Shown: positions 31,001 through 46,800 of the stretch, piece by piece
Layout of the letters: each line of letters opens with the position of its first letter
Position numbering within the stretch: position 1 is the first letter of the stretch
Source of the DNA: the human T2T-CHM13v2.0 reference genome, Homo sapiens
NCBI GenBank assembly: GCA_009914755.4
Contig: CP068257.2
Span: forward strand, 1,440,001 to 1,504,000
Direction: 5' to 3'
DNA length: 64,000 nt
Notes under the pieces: model-generated
Databases searched by the model: none
What the model saw: the letters and a program-made list of their open reading frames with translations, nothing else
Told to the model about the DNA's origin: nothing
Program-made: the position numbers and the translations under genes

Positions 31001-34000
31001 GGTTCATAAAATATGAAAGTACATCAAATATAGATTATATACTGTACATTAAATACCAAAGTACCCCAAATATATATTTTATACTCTACATGAAATATCA
31101 AAGTTCACAAACTATATATTATATACTGTACATATAATATCAAAGTACCCAAGGTATATATTCTATACTGTACAAAAAATAACAAAGTACCAAAAGCATG
31201 TATAATATACTGTACATAAAATATGAAAGTACATCAAATATATATTTTATTCTGTACATAAAATATCAAAGTACACCAGATATATATTCTATAGTGTACA
31301 TAAAATATCAAAGTACCCAAACTATACATTATATACTGTAAATAAAATATGAAATTACATCAAATATATTTTATATTAGGTACCTAAAATATGAAAGTAC
31401 ATCAAATATAGATTATATACTGTACATTAAATACCAAAGTACCCCAAATATATATTTTATACTGTACATGAAATATCAAAGTTCACAAACTATATATTAT
31501 ATACTGTACATAAATTATCAAAGTACCCAAGGTATATATTCTATACTGTACAAAAAATATCAAAGTACCCAAAGCATGTATTATATACTGTACATAAAAT
31601 ATGAAAGTACATCAAATATATATTTTATTCTGTACATAAAATATCAAAGTACACCAGATATATATTTTATAGTGTACATAAAATAACGAAGTACCCAAAC
31701 TATAAATTATATACTGTACATAAAATATGAAATTACATCAAATATATATTAGGTACATAAAATATGAAAGTACATCAAATATAGATTATATACTGTACAT
31801 AAAATATCAATGTACCCCAAATATATATTTTATACTGTACATGAAATATCAAAGTTCACAAACCATATATTGTATACTGTACATAAAATATCAAAGTACC
31901 CAAGGTATGTATTCTATACTGTACAAAAAATATCAAAGTACCCAAAGCATGTATTATATAGTGTACATAAAATATGAAAGTACATCAAATATATATTTTA
32001 TTCTGTACATAAAATATCAAAGTACACCAGATATATATTCTATAGTGTACATAAAATAACAAAGTACACAAACTATACATTATATACTGTACATAAAATA
32101 TGAAATTACATCAAATATATATTATATTAGGTACATAAAATATGAAAGTACATCAAATATAGATTATATACTGTACATAAAATATCAAAGTACCCCAAAT
32201 ATATATTATATACTCTACATGAAATATCAAAGTTCACAAACTATATATTATATACTGTACATAAAATATCAAAGTACCCAAGGTATATATTCTATACTGT
32301 ACAAAAAATATCAAAGTACCCAAAGCATGTATTATATACTGTACATAAAATATGAAAGTACATCAAATATATATTTTATTCTGTACATAAAATATCAAAG
32401 TACACCAGATATATATTCTATAGTGTATATAAAATATCAAAGTACCCAAACTATACATTATATACTGTACATAAAATATGAAATTACATCAAATATATAT
32501 TATATTAGGTACATAAAATATGAAAGTACATGAAATATAGATTATATACTGTACATAAAATATCAAGGTACCCCAAATATATATTATATACTGTACATGA
32601 AATATCAAAGTTCACAAACTATATATTATATACTGTACATAAAATATCAAAGTACCCAAGGTATATATTCTATAGTGTACAAAAAATATCAAAGTACCCA
32701 AAGCATGTATTATATACTGTACATAAAATATAAAATTACATCAAATATATATTTTATTCTGTACATAAAATATCAAAGTACACCAGATATATATACTATA
32801 GTGTACATAAAATATCAAAGTACCCAAACTATACATTATACACTGTACATATAATATGAAATTACATCAAATATATATTAGGTACATAAAATATGAAAGT
32901 ACATCAAATATAGATTATATACTGTACATATAATATCAATGTAACCCAAATATATATTTTATACTCTACATGAAATATCAAAGTTCACAAACTATATATT
33001 ATATACTGTACATAAAATATCAAAGTACCCAAGGTATATATTCTATACTGTACAAAAAATATCAAAGTACACAAAGCATGTATGATATACTGTACATAAA
33101 ATATGAAAGTACATCAAATATGTATTTTATTCTGTACATAGAATATCAAAGTACACCAGATATATATTCTATAGTGTACATAATATAACAAAGTACAAAA
33201 ACTATACATTATATACTGTACATAAAATATGAAATTACATCAAATATATATTAGGTACATAAAATATGAAAGTACATCAAATATAGATTATATACTGTAC
33301 GTAAAATATCAAAGTACCCCAAATATATATTATATAATGTACATGAAATATCAAAGTTCACAAACCATATATTATATACTGTACATAAAATATCAAAGTA
33401 CCCAAGGTATATATTCTATACTGTACAAAAAATATCAATGTACCCAAAGCATGTATTATATACTGTACATAAAATATGAAATTACATCATATATATATTT
33501 TATTCTGTACATAAAATATCAAAGTACACCAGATATATATTCTATAGTGTACATAAAATATCAAAGTACCCAATCTATACATTATAAACTGTACATAAAA
33601 TATGAAATTACATCAAATATATATTAGGTACATAAAATATGAATGTACATCAAATATAGATTATAAACTGTACATAAAATATCAAAGTACCCTAAATATA
33701 TATTATATACTCTACAAGAAATATCAAAGTTCACACACTATATATTATATACTGTACATAAAATATCAAAGTACCCAAGGTATATATTCTATACTGTACA
33801 AAAAATATCAAAGAACCCAAACCATGTATTATATACTGTACATAAAATATGAAAGTACATCAAATATATATTTTATTCTGTACATAAAATATCAAAGTAC
33901 ACCAGATATATATTCTATAGTGTACCTAAAATATCAAAGTACCCAAACTATACATTATATACTGTACATAAAATATGAAATTACATCAAATATATATTAT

Positions 34001-37000
34001 ATTAGGTACATAAAATATGAAAGTACATCAAATATAGATTATACACTGTACATAAAATATCAATGTACCCCAAATATATATTTTATACTCTACATGAAAT
34101 ACCAAAGTTCACAAACCATATATTATATACTGTACATAAAATATCAAAGTACCCAAGGTATATATTCTATACTGTACAAAAAATATCAAAGTACCCAAAG
34201 CATGTATTATATACTGTACATAAAATATGAAAGTACATCAAATATATATTTTATTCTGTACATAAAATATCAAAGTACACCAGATATATATTCTATAGTG
34301 TACATAAAATATCAAAGTACCCAAACTATACATTATATACTGTACATAAAATATGAAATTACATCAAATATATATTATATTAGGTACATAAAATATGAAA
34401 GTACATCAAATATAGATTATATACTGTACATAAAATATCAAAGTACCCCAAATATATATTATATACTCTACATGAAATATCAAAGTTCACAAACTATATA
34501 TTATATACTGTACATAAAATATCAAAGTACCCAAGGTATATATTCTATAATGTACAAAAAATATCAAAGTACCCAAAGCGTGTATTATATACTGTATATA
34601 AAATATGAAATTACATCAAATATATATTTTATTCTGTACATAAAATATCAAAGTACACTAGATATATATTCTATAGTGTACATAAAATATCAAAGTACCC
34701 AAACTATACATTATATACTGTACATAAAATATGAAATTACATCAAATATATATTATATTAGGTACATAAAATATGAAAGTACATCAAATATAGATTATAT
34801 ACTGTACATTAAATACCAAAGTACCCCAAATATATATTTTATACTGTACATGAAATATCAAAGTTCACAAACTATATATTATATACTGTACATAAAATAT
34901 CAAAGTACCCAAGGTATATATTCTATACTGTACAAAAAATATCAAAGTACCCAAAGCATGTATTATATACTGTACCTAAAATATGAAAGTACATCAAATA
35001 TATATTTTATTCTGTACATAAAATATCAAAGTACACCAGATATATATTCTATAGTGTACATAAAATATCAAAGTACCCAAACTATACATTATATACTGTA
35101 CATAAAATATGAAATTACATCAAATATATTTTATATTAGGTACATAAAATATGAAAGTACATCAAATATAGATTATATACTGTACATTAAATACCAAAGT
35201 ACCCCAAATATATATTTTATGCTGTACATGAAATATCAAAGTTCACAAACTATATATTATATACTGTACATAAAATATCAAAGTACCCAAGGTATATATT
35301 CTATACTGTACAAAAAATATCAAAGTACCCAAAGCATGTATTATATACTGTACATAAAATATGAAAGTACACCAAATATATATTTTATTCTTTACATAAA
35401 ATACCAAAGTACACCAGATATATATTCTATAGTGTACATAAAATAACAAAGTACACAAACTATAAATTATATACTGTACATAAAATATAAAATTACATCA
35501 AATATATATTAGGTACATAAAATATGAAAGTACATCAAATATAGATTATATACTGTACATAAAATATCAATGTACCGCAAATATATATTTTATACTCTAC
35601 ATGAAATATCAAAGTTCACAAACCATATATTATATACTGTACATAAAATATCAAAGTACCCAAGGTATATATTCTATACTGTACAAAAAATATCAAAGTA
35701 CCCAAAGCATGTATTATATACTGTACATAAAATATGAAAGTACACCAAATATATATTTTATTCTGTACATAAAATATCAAAGTACACCAGATATATATTC
35801 TATAGTGTACATAAAATATCAAAGTACCCAAACTATACATTATATACTGTACATAAAATATGAAATTACATCAAATATATATTAGGTACATAAAATATGA
35901 AAGTACATCAAATATAGATTATATACTGTACATAAAATATCAATGTACAACTAATATATATTTTATACTCTACATGAAATATCAAAGTTCACAAACTATA
36001 TATTATATAATGTACATAAAATATCAAAGTACCCAAGGTATATATTCTATACTGTACAAAAAATATCAAAGTACCCAAAGCATGTATTATATACTGTACA
36101 TAAAACATGAAAGTACATCAAATATATATTTTATTCTGTACATAAAATATCAAAGTACACCAGATATATATTCTATAGTGTACATAAAATATCAAAGTAC
36201 CCAAACTATACATTATATACTGTACATAAAATATGAAATTACATCAAATATATATTATATTAGGTACATAAAATATGAAAGCACATGAAATATAGATTAT
36301 ATACTGTACATTAAATACCAAAGTACCCCAAATATATATTTTATACTGTACATGAAATATCAAAGTTCCCAAACTATATATTATATACTGTACATAAAAT
36401 ATCAAATACCCAAGGTATATATTCTATACTGTACAAAAAATATCAAAGTACCCAAAACATGTATTATAAACTGTACATAAAATATGAAAGTACATCAAAT
36501 ATATATTTTATTCTGTACATGAAATATCAAAGTACACCACATATATATTCTATAGTGTACATAAAATATCAAAGTACCCAAACTATACATTATATACTCT
36601 ACATAAAATATGAAATTACATCCAATATATATTATATTAGGTACATAAAATATGAAAGTACATCAAATATAGATTATATACTGTACATTAAATACCCAAG
36701 TACCCCAAATATATATTTTGTACTGTACATGAAATATCAAAGTTCACAAACTATGTATTATATACTGTACATAAAATATCAAAGTACCCAAGGTATATAT
36801 TCTATACTGTACAAAAAATATCAAAGTACCCAAAGCATGTATTATATACTGTACATAAAATATGAAAGTACATCAAATATATATTTAATTCTGTACATAA
36901 AATATCAAAGTACACCAGATATATATTCTATAGTGTACATAAAATATCAAAGTACCCAAACTATACATTATATACTGTACATAAAATATGAAATTACATC

Positions 37001-38999
37001 AAATATATATTAGGTACATAAAATATGAAAGTACATCAAATATAGATTATATACTGTACATAAAATATCAAAGTACCCCAAATATATATTATATACTCTA
37101 CATGAAATATCAAATTTCACAAACTATATATTATATACTGTACATAAAATATCAAAGTACCCAAGGTATATATTCTATACTGTACAAAAAATATCAAAGT
37201 ACCCAAAGCATGTATTATATACTGTATATAAAATATGAAAGTACATTAAAGATATATTTTATTCTGTACATAAAATATCAAAGTACACCAGATATATATT
37301 CTATAGTGTACATAAAATAACAAAGTACACAAACTATAAATTATATACTGTACATAAGATATGAAATTACATCAAATATATATTAGGTACATAAAATATG
37401 AAAGTACATCAAAAATAGATTATATACTGTACATATAATATCAAGGTACCCCAAATATATATTTTATACTCTACATGAAATATCAAAGTTCACAAATCAT
37501 ACATTATATACTGTACATAAAATATCAAAGTACCCAAGGTATATATTCTATACTGTACAGAAAATATCAAAGTACCCAAAGCATGTATTATATACTGTAC
37601 ATAAAATATGAAAGTACATCAAATATATATTTTATTCTGTACATAAAATATCAAAGTACACCAGATATATATTCTATAGTGTACATAAAATATCAAAGTA
37701 CCCAAACTATACATTATATACTGTACATAAAATATGAAATTACATCAAATATATATTAGGTACATAAAATATGAAGGTACATCAAATATAGATTATATAC
37801 TGTACATATAATATCAATGTACCCCTAATATATATTTTATACTCTACATGAAATATCAAAGTTCACAAACCATACATTATATACTGTACATAAAATATCA
37901 AAGTACCCAAGGTATATATTCTATACTGTACAAAAAATATCAAAGTACCCAAAGCACGTATTATATACTGTACATAAAATATGAAATTACATCAAATATA
38001 TATTATATTAGGTACATAAAATATGAATGTACATCAAATATAGATTATATACTGTCCATAAAATATCAAAGTACCCAAGGTATATATTCTATACTGTACA
38101 AAAAATATCAAAGTACCCAAAGCATGTATTATATACTGTACATAAAATATGAAAGTACATCAAATGTATATTTTATTCTGTACATAAAATATCAAAGTAC
38201 ACCAGATATATATTCTATAGTGTGCATAAAATAACAAAGTACACACACTATAAATTATATACTGTACATAAAATATGAAATTACATCAAATATATATTAG
38301 GTACATAAAATATGAAAGTACATCAAATATAGATTTTATACTGTACATAAAATATCAATGTACCCCAAATATATATTTTATACTCTACATGAAATATCAA
38401 AGTTCACAAACCATATATTATATACTGTACATATAATATCAAAGTACCCAAGGTATATATTCTATACTGTACAAAATATATCAAAGTACCCAAAGCATGT
38501 ATTATATACTGTACATAAAATATGAAAGTACATCAAATATATATTTTATTCTGTACATAAAATATCAAAGTACACCAGATATATATACTATAGTGTACAT
38601 AAAATATCAAAGTACCCAAACTATACATTATATACTGTACATAAAATATGAAATTACATCAAATATATATTAGGTACATAAAATATGAAAGTACATCAAA
38701 TATAGATTATATACTGTACATAAAATATCAAAGTACCCCAAATATATATTATATACTCTACATGAAATATCAAAGTTCACAAACTATATATTATATACTG
38801 TACATAAAATATCAAAGTACCGAAGGTATATATTCTATACTGTACAAAAAATATCAAAGTACCCAAAGCATGTATTATATACTGTATATAAAATAAGAAA
38901 GTACATTAAATATATATTTTATTCTGTACATAAAATATCAAAGTACACCAGATATATATTCTATAGTGTACATAATATAACAAAGTACACAAACTATAA

Positions 39000-40800
39000 A
39001 TTATATACTGTACATAAAATATGAAATTACATCAAATATATATTAGGTACATAAAATATGAAAGTACATCAAATATAGATTATATACTGTACATATAATA
39101 TCAATGTACCCCAAATATATATTTTATACTCTACAGGAAATATCAAAGTTCACAAACCATACATTATATACTGTACATAAAATATCAAAGTACCCAAGGT
39201 ATATATTCTATACTGTACAGAAAATATCAAAGTACCCAAAGCATGTATTATATACTGTACATAAAATATGAAAGTACATCAAATATATATTTTATTCTGT
39301 ACATAAAATATCAAAGTACACCAGATATATATTCTATAGTGTACATAAAATATCAAAGTACCCAAACTATACATTATATACTGTACATAAAATATGAAAT
39401 TACATCAAATATATATTAGGTACATAAAATATGAAAGTACATCAAATATAGATTGTATACTGTGCATTAAATATCAAAGTACCCCAAATATATATTATAT
39501 ACTCTACATGAAATATCAAAGTTCGCAAACTATATATTATATACTGTACATAAAATATCAAAGTACCCAAGGTATATATTCTATACTGTACAAAAAATAT
39601 CAAAGTACCCAAAGCATGTATTATATACTGTACATAAAATATGAAAGTACATCAAATATATATTTTATTCTGTACATAAAATATCAAAGTACACCAGATA
39701 TATATTCTATAGTGTACATAAAATATCAAAGTACCCAAACTATACATTATATACTGTACATAAAATATGAAATTACATCAAATATATATTATATTAGGTA
39801 CATAAAATATGAAAGTACAGCAAATATAGATTATATACTGTCCATAAAATATCAAAGTCCCCAAGGTATATATTCTATACTGTACAAAAAATATCAAAGT
39901 ACCCAAATCTTGTATTATATACTGTATATAACATATGAAAGTACATCAAATATATATTTTATTCTGTACATAAAATATCAAAGTACACCAGATATATATT
40001 CTATAGTGTACATAAAATAACAAAGTACACAAACTATAAATTATATACTGTACATAAAATATGAAATTACATCAAATATATATTAGGTACATAAAATATG
40101 AAAGTACATCAAATATAGATTATATACTGTACATAAAATATCAATGTACCCCAAATATATATTTTATACTCTACATGAAATATCAAAGTTCACAAACCAT
40201 ATATTATATACTGTACATAAAATATCAAAGTACCCAAGGTATATATTCTATACTGTACAAAAAATATCAAAGTACCCAAAGCATGTATTATATACTATAC
40301 ATAAAATATGAAATTACATCAAATATATATTTTATTCTGTACATAAAATATCAAAGTACACCAGATATATATTCTATAGTGTACATAAAATATCAAAGTA
40401 CCCAAACTACAAATTTTATACTTTACATAAAATATGAAATTACATGAAATATATATTAGGTACATAAAATATGAATGTACATCAAATATAGATTATATAC
40501 TGTACATAAAATATCAAAGTACCCCAAATATATATTATATACTCTACATGAAATATCAAAGTTCACAAACCATATATTATATACTCTACATAAAATATCA
40601 AAGTACCCAAGGTATATATTCTATACTGTACAAAAAATATCAAAGTACCCAAAGCATGTATTATATACTGTACATAAAATATGAAAGTATATCAAATATA
40701 TATTTTATTGTGTACATAAAATATCAAAGTACACCAGATATATATTCTATAGTGTACATAAAATATCAAAGTACACAAACTATAAATTATATACTGTACA
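39000..40800. repeat. About 1.8-kb segment duplicated in tandem, spaced 2,530 bp apart; second copy at about 41530-43330
   Basis: Identical ORFs at +2,530: 39394..40020 = 41924..42550 (208 aa) and 40475..40684 ≈ 43005..43214. The pair 40061/42591 is near-identical. The private variant 'ctacaggaaatatc' lies at about 39133 and 41663, and 'tactgtacagaaaatatc' at about 39214 and 41746. Confidence 0.75.
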
Positions 40801-43800
40801 TAAAATATGAAATTACATCAAATATATATTAGGTACATAAAATATGAAAGTACATCAAATATAGATTATATACTGAACATATAATATCAATGTACCCCAA
40901 ATATATATTATATACTCTACATGAAATATCAAAGTACAGAAACCATACATTATATACTGTACATAAAATATCAAAGTACCCAAAGTATATATTCTATACT
41001 GTACAAAAAATATCAAAGTACCCAAAGCATGTATTATATACTGTACATAAAATATGAAATTACATCAAATATATATTTTATTCTGTACATAAAATATCAA
41101 AGTACACCAGATATATATTCTATAGTGTACATAAAATATCAAAGTACCCAAACTATACATTATATACTGTACATAAAATATGAAATTACATGAAATATAT
41201 ATTAGGTACATAAAATATGAAAGTACATCAAATATAGATTATATACTGTATATAAAATATCAAAGTACCCCAAATATATATTATATACTCTACATGAAAT
41301 ATCAAATTTCACAAACTATATATTATATACTGTACATAAAATATCAAAGTACCCAAGGTATATATTCTATACTGTACAAAAAATATCAAAGTACCCAAAG
41401 CATGTATTATATACTGTATAAAATATGAAAGTACATTAAAGATATATTTTCTTCTGTACATAAATTATCAAAGTACACCAGATATATATTCTATAGTGTA
41501 CATAAAATAACAAAGTACACAAACTATAAATTATACACTGTACATAAAATATGAAATTACATCAAATATATATTAGGTACATAAAATATGAAAGTACATC
41601 AAATATAGATTATATACTGTACATATAATATCAATGTACCCCAAATATATATTTTATACTCTACAGGAAATATCAAAGTTCACAAACCATACATTATATA
41701 CTGTACATAAAATATCAAAGTACCCAAGGTATATATTCTATACTGTACAGAAAATATCAAAGTACCCAAAGCATGTATTATATACTGTACATAAAATATG
41801 AAAGTACATCAAATATATATTTTATTCTGTACATAAAATATCAAAGTACACCAGATATATATTCTATAGTGTACATAAAATATCAAAGTACCCAAACTAT
41901 ACATTATATACTGTACATAAAATATGAAATTACATCAAATATATATTAGGTACATAAAATATGAAAGTACATCAAATATAGATTGTATACTGTGCATTAA
42001 ATATCAAAGTACCCCAAATATATATTATATACTCTACATGAAATATCAAAGTTCACAAACTATATATTATATACTGTACATAAAATATCAAAGTACCCAA
42101 GGTATATATTCTATACTGTACAAAAAATATCAAAGTACCCAAAGCATGTATTATATACTGTACATAAAATATGAAAGTACATCAAATATATATTTTATTC
42201 TGTACATAAAATATCAAAGTACACCAGATATATATTCTATAGTGTACATAAAATATCAAAGTACCCAAACAATACATTATATACTGTACATAAAATATGA
42301 AATTACATCAAATATATATTATATTAGGTACATAAAATATGAAAGTACAGCAAATATAGATTATATACTGTCCATAAAATATCAAAGTCCCCAAGGTATA
42401 TATTCTATACTGTACAAAAAATATCAAAGTACCCAAATCTTGTATTATATACTGTATATAACATATGAAAGTACATCAAATATATATTTTATTCTGTACA
42501 TAAAATATCAAAGTACACCAGATATATATTCTATAGTGTACATAAAATAACAAAGTACACAAACTATAAATTATATACTGTACATAAAATATGAAATTAC
42601 ATCAAATATATATTAGGTACATAAAATATGAAAGTACATCAAATATAGATTATATACTGTACATAAAATATCAATGTACCCCAAATATATATTTTATACT
42701 CTACATGAAATATCAAAGTTCACAAACCATATATTATATACTGTACATAAAATATCAAAGTACCCAAGGTATATATTCTATACTGTACAAAAAATATCAA
42801 AGTACCCAAAGCATGTATTATATACTATACATAAAATATGAAATTACATCAAATATATATTTTATTCTGTACATAAAATATCAAAGTACACCAGATATAT
42901 ATTCTATAGTGTACATAAAATATCAAAGTACCCAAACTACAAATTTTATACTTTACATAAAATATGAAATTACATCAAATATATATTAGGTACATAAAAT
43001 ATGAATGTACATCAAATATAGATTATATACTGTACATAAAATATCAAAGTACCCCAAATATATATTATATACTCTACATGAAATATCAAAGTTCACAAAC
43101 CATATATTATATACTGTACATAAAATATCAAAGTACCCAAGGTATATATTCTATACTGTACAAAAAATATCAAAGTACCCAAAGCATGTATTATATACTG
43201 TACATAAAATATGAAAGTATATCAAATATATATTTTATTGTGTACATAAAATATCAAAGTACACCAGATATATATTCTATAGTGTACATAAAATATCAAA
43301 GTACCAAAACTATACATTATATACTGTACATAAAATATGAAATTACATCAAATATATATTATATTAGGTACATAAAATATGAAAGTATATCAAATATAGA
43401 TTATATACTGTACATAAAATATGAAAGTACCCCAAATATATATTACATACTCTACATGAAATATCAAAGTTCACAAACTATATATTATATACTGTACATA
43501 AAATATCAAAGTACCCAAGGTATATATTCTATATTGTACAAAAAATATCAAAGTACCCAAAGCATCTGTTATATACTGTATATAAAATATGAAAGTACAT
43601 AAAATATATATTTTATTCTGTACATAAAACATCAAAGTACACCAGATATATATTCTATAGTGTACATAAAATATCAAAGTACACAAACTATACATTATAT
43701 ACTGTACATAAAATATGAAATTACATCAAATATATATTAGGTACATAAAATATGAAAGTACATCAAACATAGATTATACACTGTACATAAAATATCAAAG

Positions 43801-46800
43801 TACCCGAAATATATATTATATACTGTACATGAAATATCAAAGTTCACAAACTATATATTATATACTGTACATAAAATATCAAAGTACCCAAGGTATATGT
43901 TCTATACTGTACAAAAAATATCAAAGTACCCAAAGCATGTATTATATACTGTACATAAAATATGAAAGTACATCAAATATATATTTTATTCCGTACATAA
44001 AATATCAAAGTACACCAGATATATATTCTATAGTGTACATAAAATATCAAAGTTCCCAAACTATACATTATATAATGTACATAAAATATGAAATTACATC
44101 AAATATATATTAGGTACATAAAATATGAAAGTACATCAAATATAGATTATATACTGTACATAAAATATCAAAGTACCCCAAATATATTTTATATACTGTA
44201 CATGAAATATCAAATTTCACAAACTATATATTATATACTGTACATAAAATATCAAAGTACCCAAGGTATATATTCTATACTGTACAAAAAATATCAAAGT
44301 ACCCAAAGCATGTATTATATACTGTACATAAAATATGAAAGTACATCAAATATGTATTTTATTCTGTACATAGAATATCAAAGTACACCAGATATATATT
44401 CTATAGTGTACATAATATAACAAAGTACATAAACTATACATTATATACTGTACATAAAATATGAAATTACATCAAATATATATTAGGTACATAAAATATG
44501 AAAGTACATCAAATATAGATTATATACTGTACATAAAATATCAAAGTACCCCAAATATATATTATATAATGTACATGAAATATCAAAGTTCACAAACCAT
44601 ATATTATATACTGTACATAAAATATCAAAGTACCCAAGGTATATATTCTATACTGTACAAAAAATATCAAAGTACCCAAAGCATGTATTATATACTGTAC
44701 ATAAAATATGAAATTACATCATATATATATTTTATTCTGTACATAAAATATCAAAGTACACCAGATATATATTCTATAGTGTACATAAAATATCAAAGTA
44801 CCCAATCTATACATTATATACTGTACATAAAATATGAAATTACATCAAATATATATTAGGTACATAAAATATGTATGTACATCAAATATAGATTATATAC
44901 TGTACATAAAATATCAAAGTACCCTAAATATATATTATATACTCTACAAGAAATATCAAAGTTCACACACTATATATTATATACTGTACATAAAATATCA
45001 AAGTACCCAAGGTATATATTGTATACTGTACAAAAAATATCAAAGAACCCAAACCATGTATTATATACTGTACATAAAATATGAAAGTACATCAAATATA
45101 TATTTTATTCTCTATATAAAATATCAAAGTACACCAGATATATATTCTATAGTGTACATAAAATAACAAAGTACGCAAACTATACATTATATACTGTACA
45201 TAAAATATGAAATTACATCAAATATATATTAGGTACATAAAATATGAAAGTACATCAAATATAGATTATATACTGTACATAAAATATCAATGTACCCCAA
45301 ATATATATTTTATACTCTACATGAAATATCAAAGTTCACAAACCATATATTATTTACTGTACATAAAACATCAAAGTACCCAAGGTATATATTCTATACT
45401 GTACAAAAAATATCAAAGTACCCAAAGCATGTATTATATACTGTACATAAAATATGAAAGTATATCAAATATATATTTTATTCTGTACATAAAATATCAA
45501 AGTACACCAGATATATATTCTATAGTGTACATAAAATAACAAAGTACACAAACTATAAATTATATACTGTACATAAAATATGAAATTACATCAAATATAT
45601 ATTAGGTACATAAAATATGAAAGTACATCAAATATAGATTATATACTGTACATAAAATATCAATGTACCCCAAATATATTTTTTATACTCTACATGAAAT
45701 ATCAAAGTTCACAAACCATATATTATATACTGTACATAAAATATCAAAGTACCCAAGGTATATATTCTATACTGTACAAAAAATATCAAAGTACCCAAAG
45801 CATGTATTATATACTGTACATAAAATATGAAAGTACATCAAATATATATTTTATTCTGTACATAAAATATCAAAGTACACCAGATATATATTCTATAGTG
45901 TACATAAAATATCAAAGTACCCAAACTATACATTATATACTGTACATAAAATATGAAATTACATCAAATATATATTAGGTACATAAAATATGAAAGTACA
46001 TCAAATATAGATTATATACTGTACATAAAATATCAAAGTACCCCAAATATACATTATATACTCTACATGAAATATCAAAGTTCACAAACTATATATTATA
46101 TACTGTACATAAAATATCAAGGTACCCAAGGTATATATTCTATACTGTACAAAAAATATCAAAGTACCCAAAGCATTTATTATATACTGTACATAAAATA
46201 TGAAAGTACATCAAATATATATTTTATTCTGTACATAAAATATCAAAGTACACCAGATATATATTCTATAGTGTACATAAAATATCAAAGTACCCAAACT
46301 ATACATTATATACTGTACATAAAATATGAGATTACATCAAATATATATTATATTAGGTACATAAAATATGAAAGTACATCAAATATAGATTATATACTGT
46401 ACATAATATATCAAAGTACCCCAAATATATATTATATACTCTACATGAAATATCAAAGTTCAAACACTATATATTATATACTGTACATAAAATATCAAAG
46501 TACCCAAGGTATGTATTCTATACTGTACAAAAAATATCAAAGTACCCAAAGCATGTATTATATACTGTACATAAAATATGAAAGTACATCAAATATATAT
46601 TTTATTCTGTACATAAAATATCAAGGAACACCAGATATATATTCTATAGTGTACATAAAATATCAAAGTACACAAACTATACATTATATACAGTACATAA
46701 AATATGAAATTACATCAAATATATATTAGGTACATAAAATATGAAAGTACATCAAATATAGATTATATACTGTACATAAAATATCAAAGTACCCCAAATA

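Noticed and set aside
35243-43695. Three short minus-strand ORFs (35243..35458, 35616..35840 and 43471..43695)
   Set aside because: The same artefact on the opposite strand, in locally indel-free stretches. At 71-74 aa they are periodic and overlap + strand ORFs. Nothing supports them as genes.
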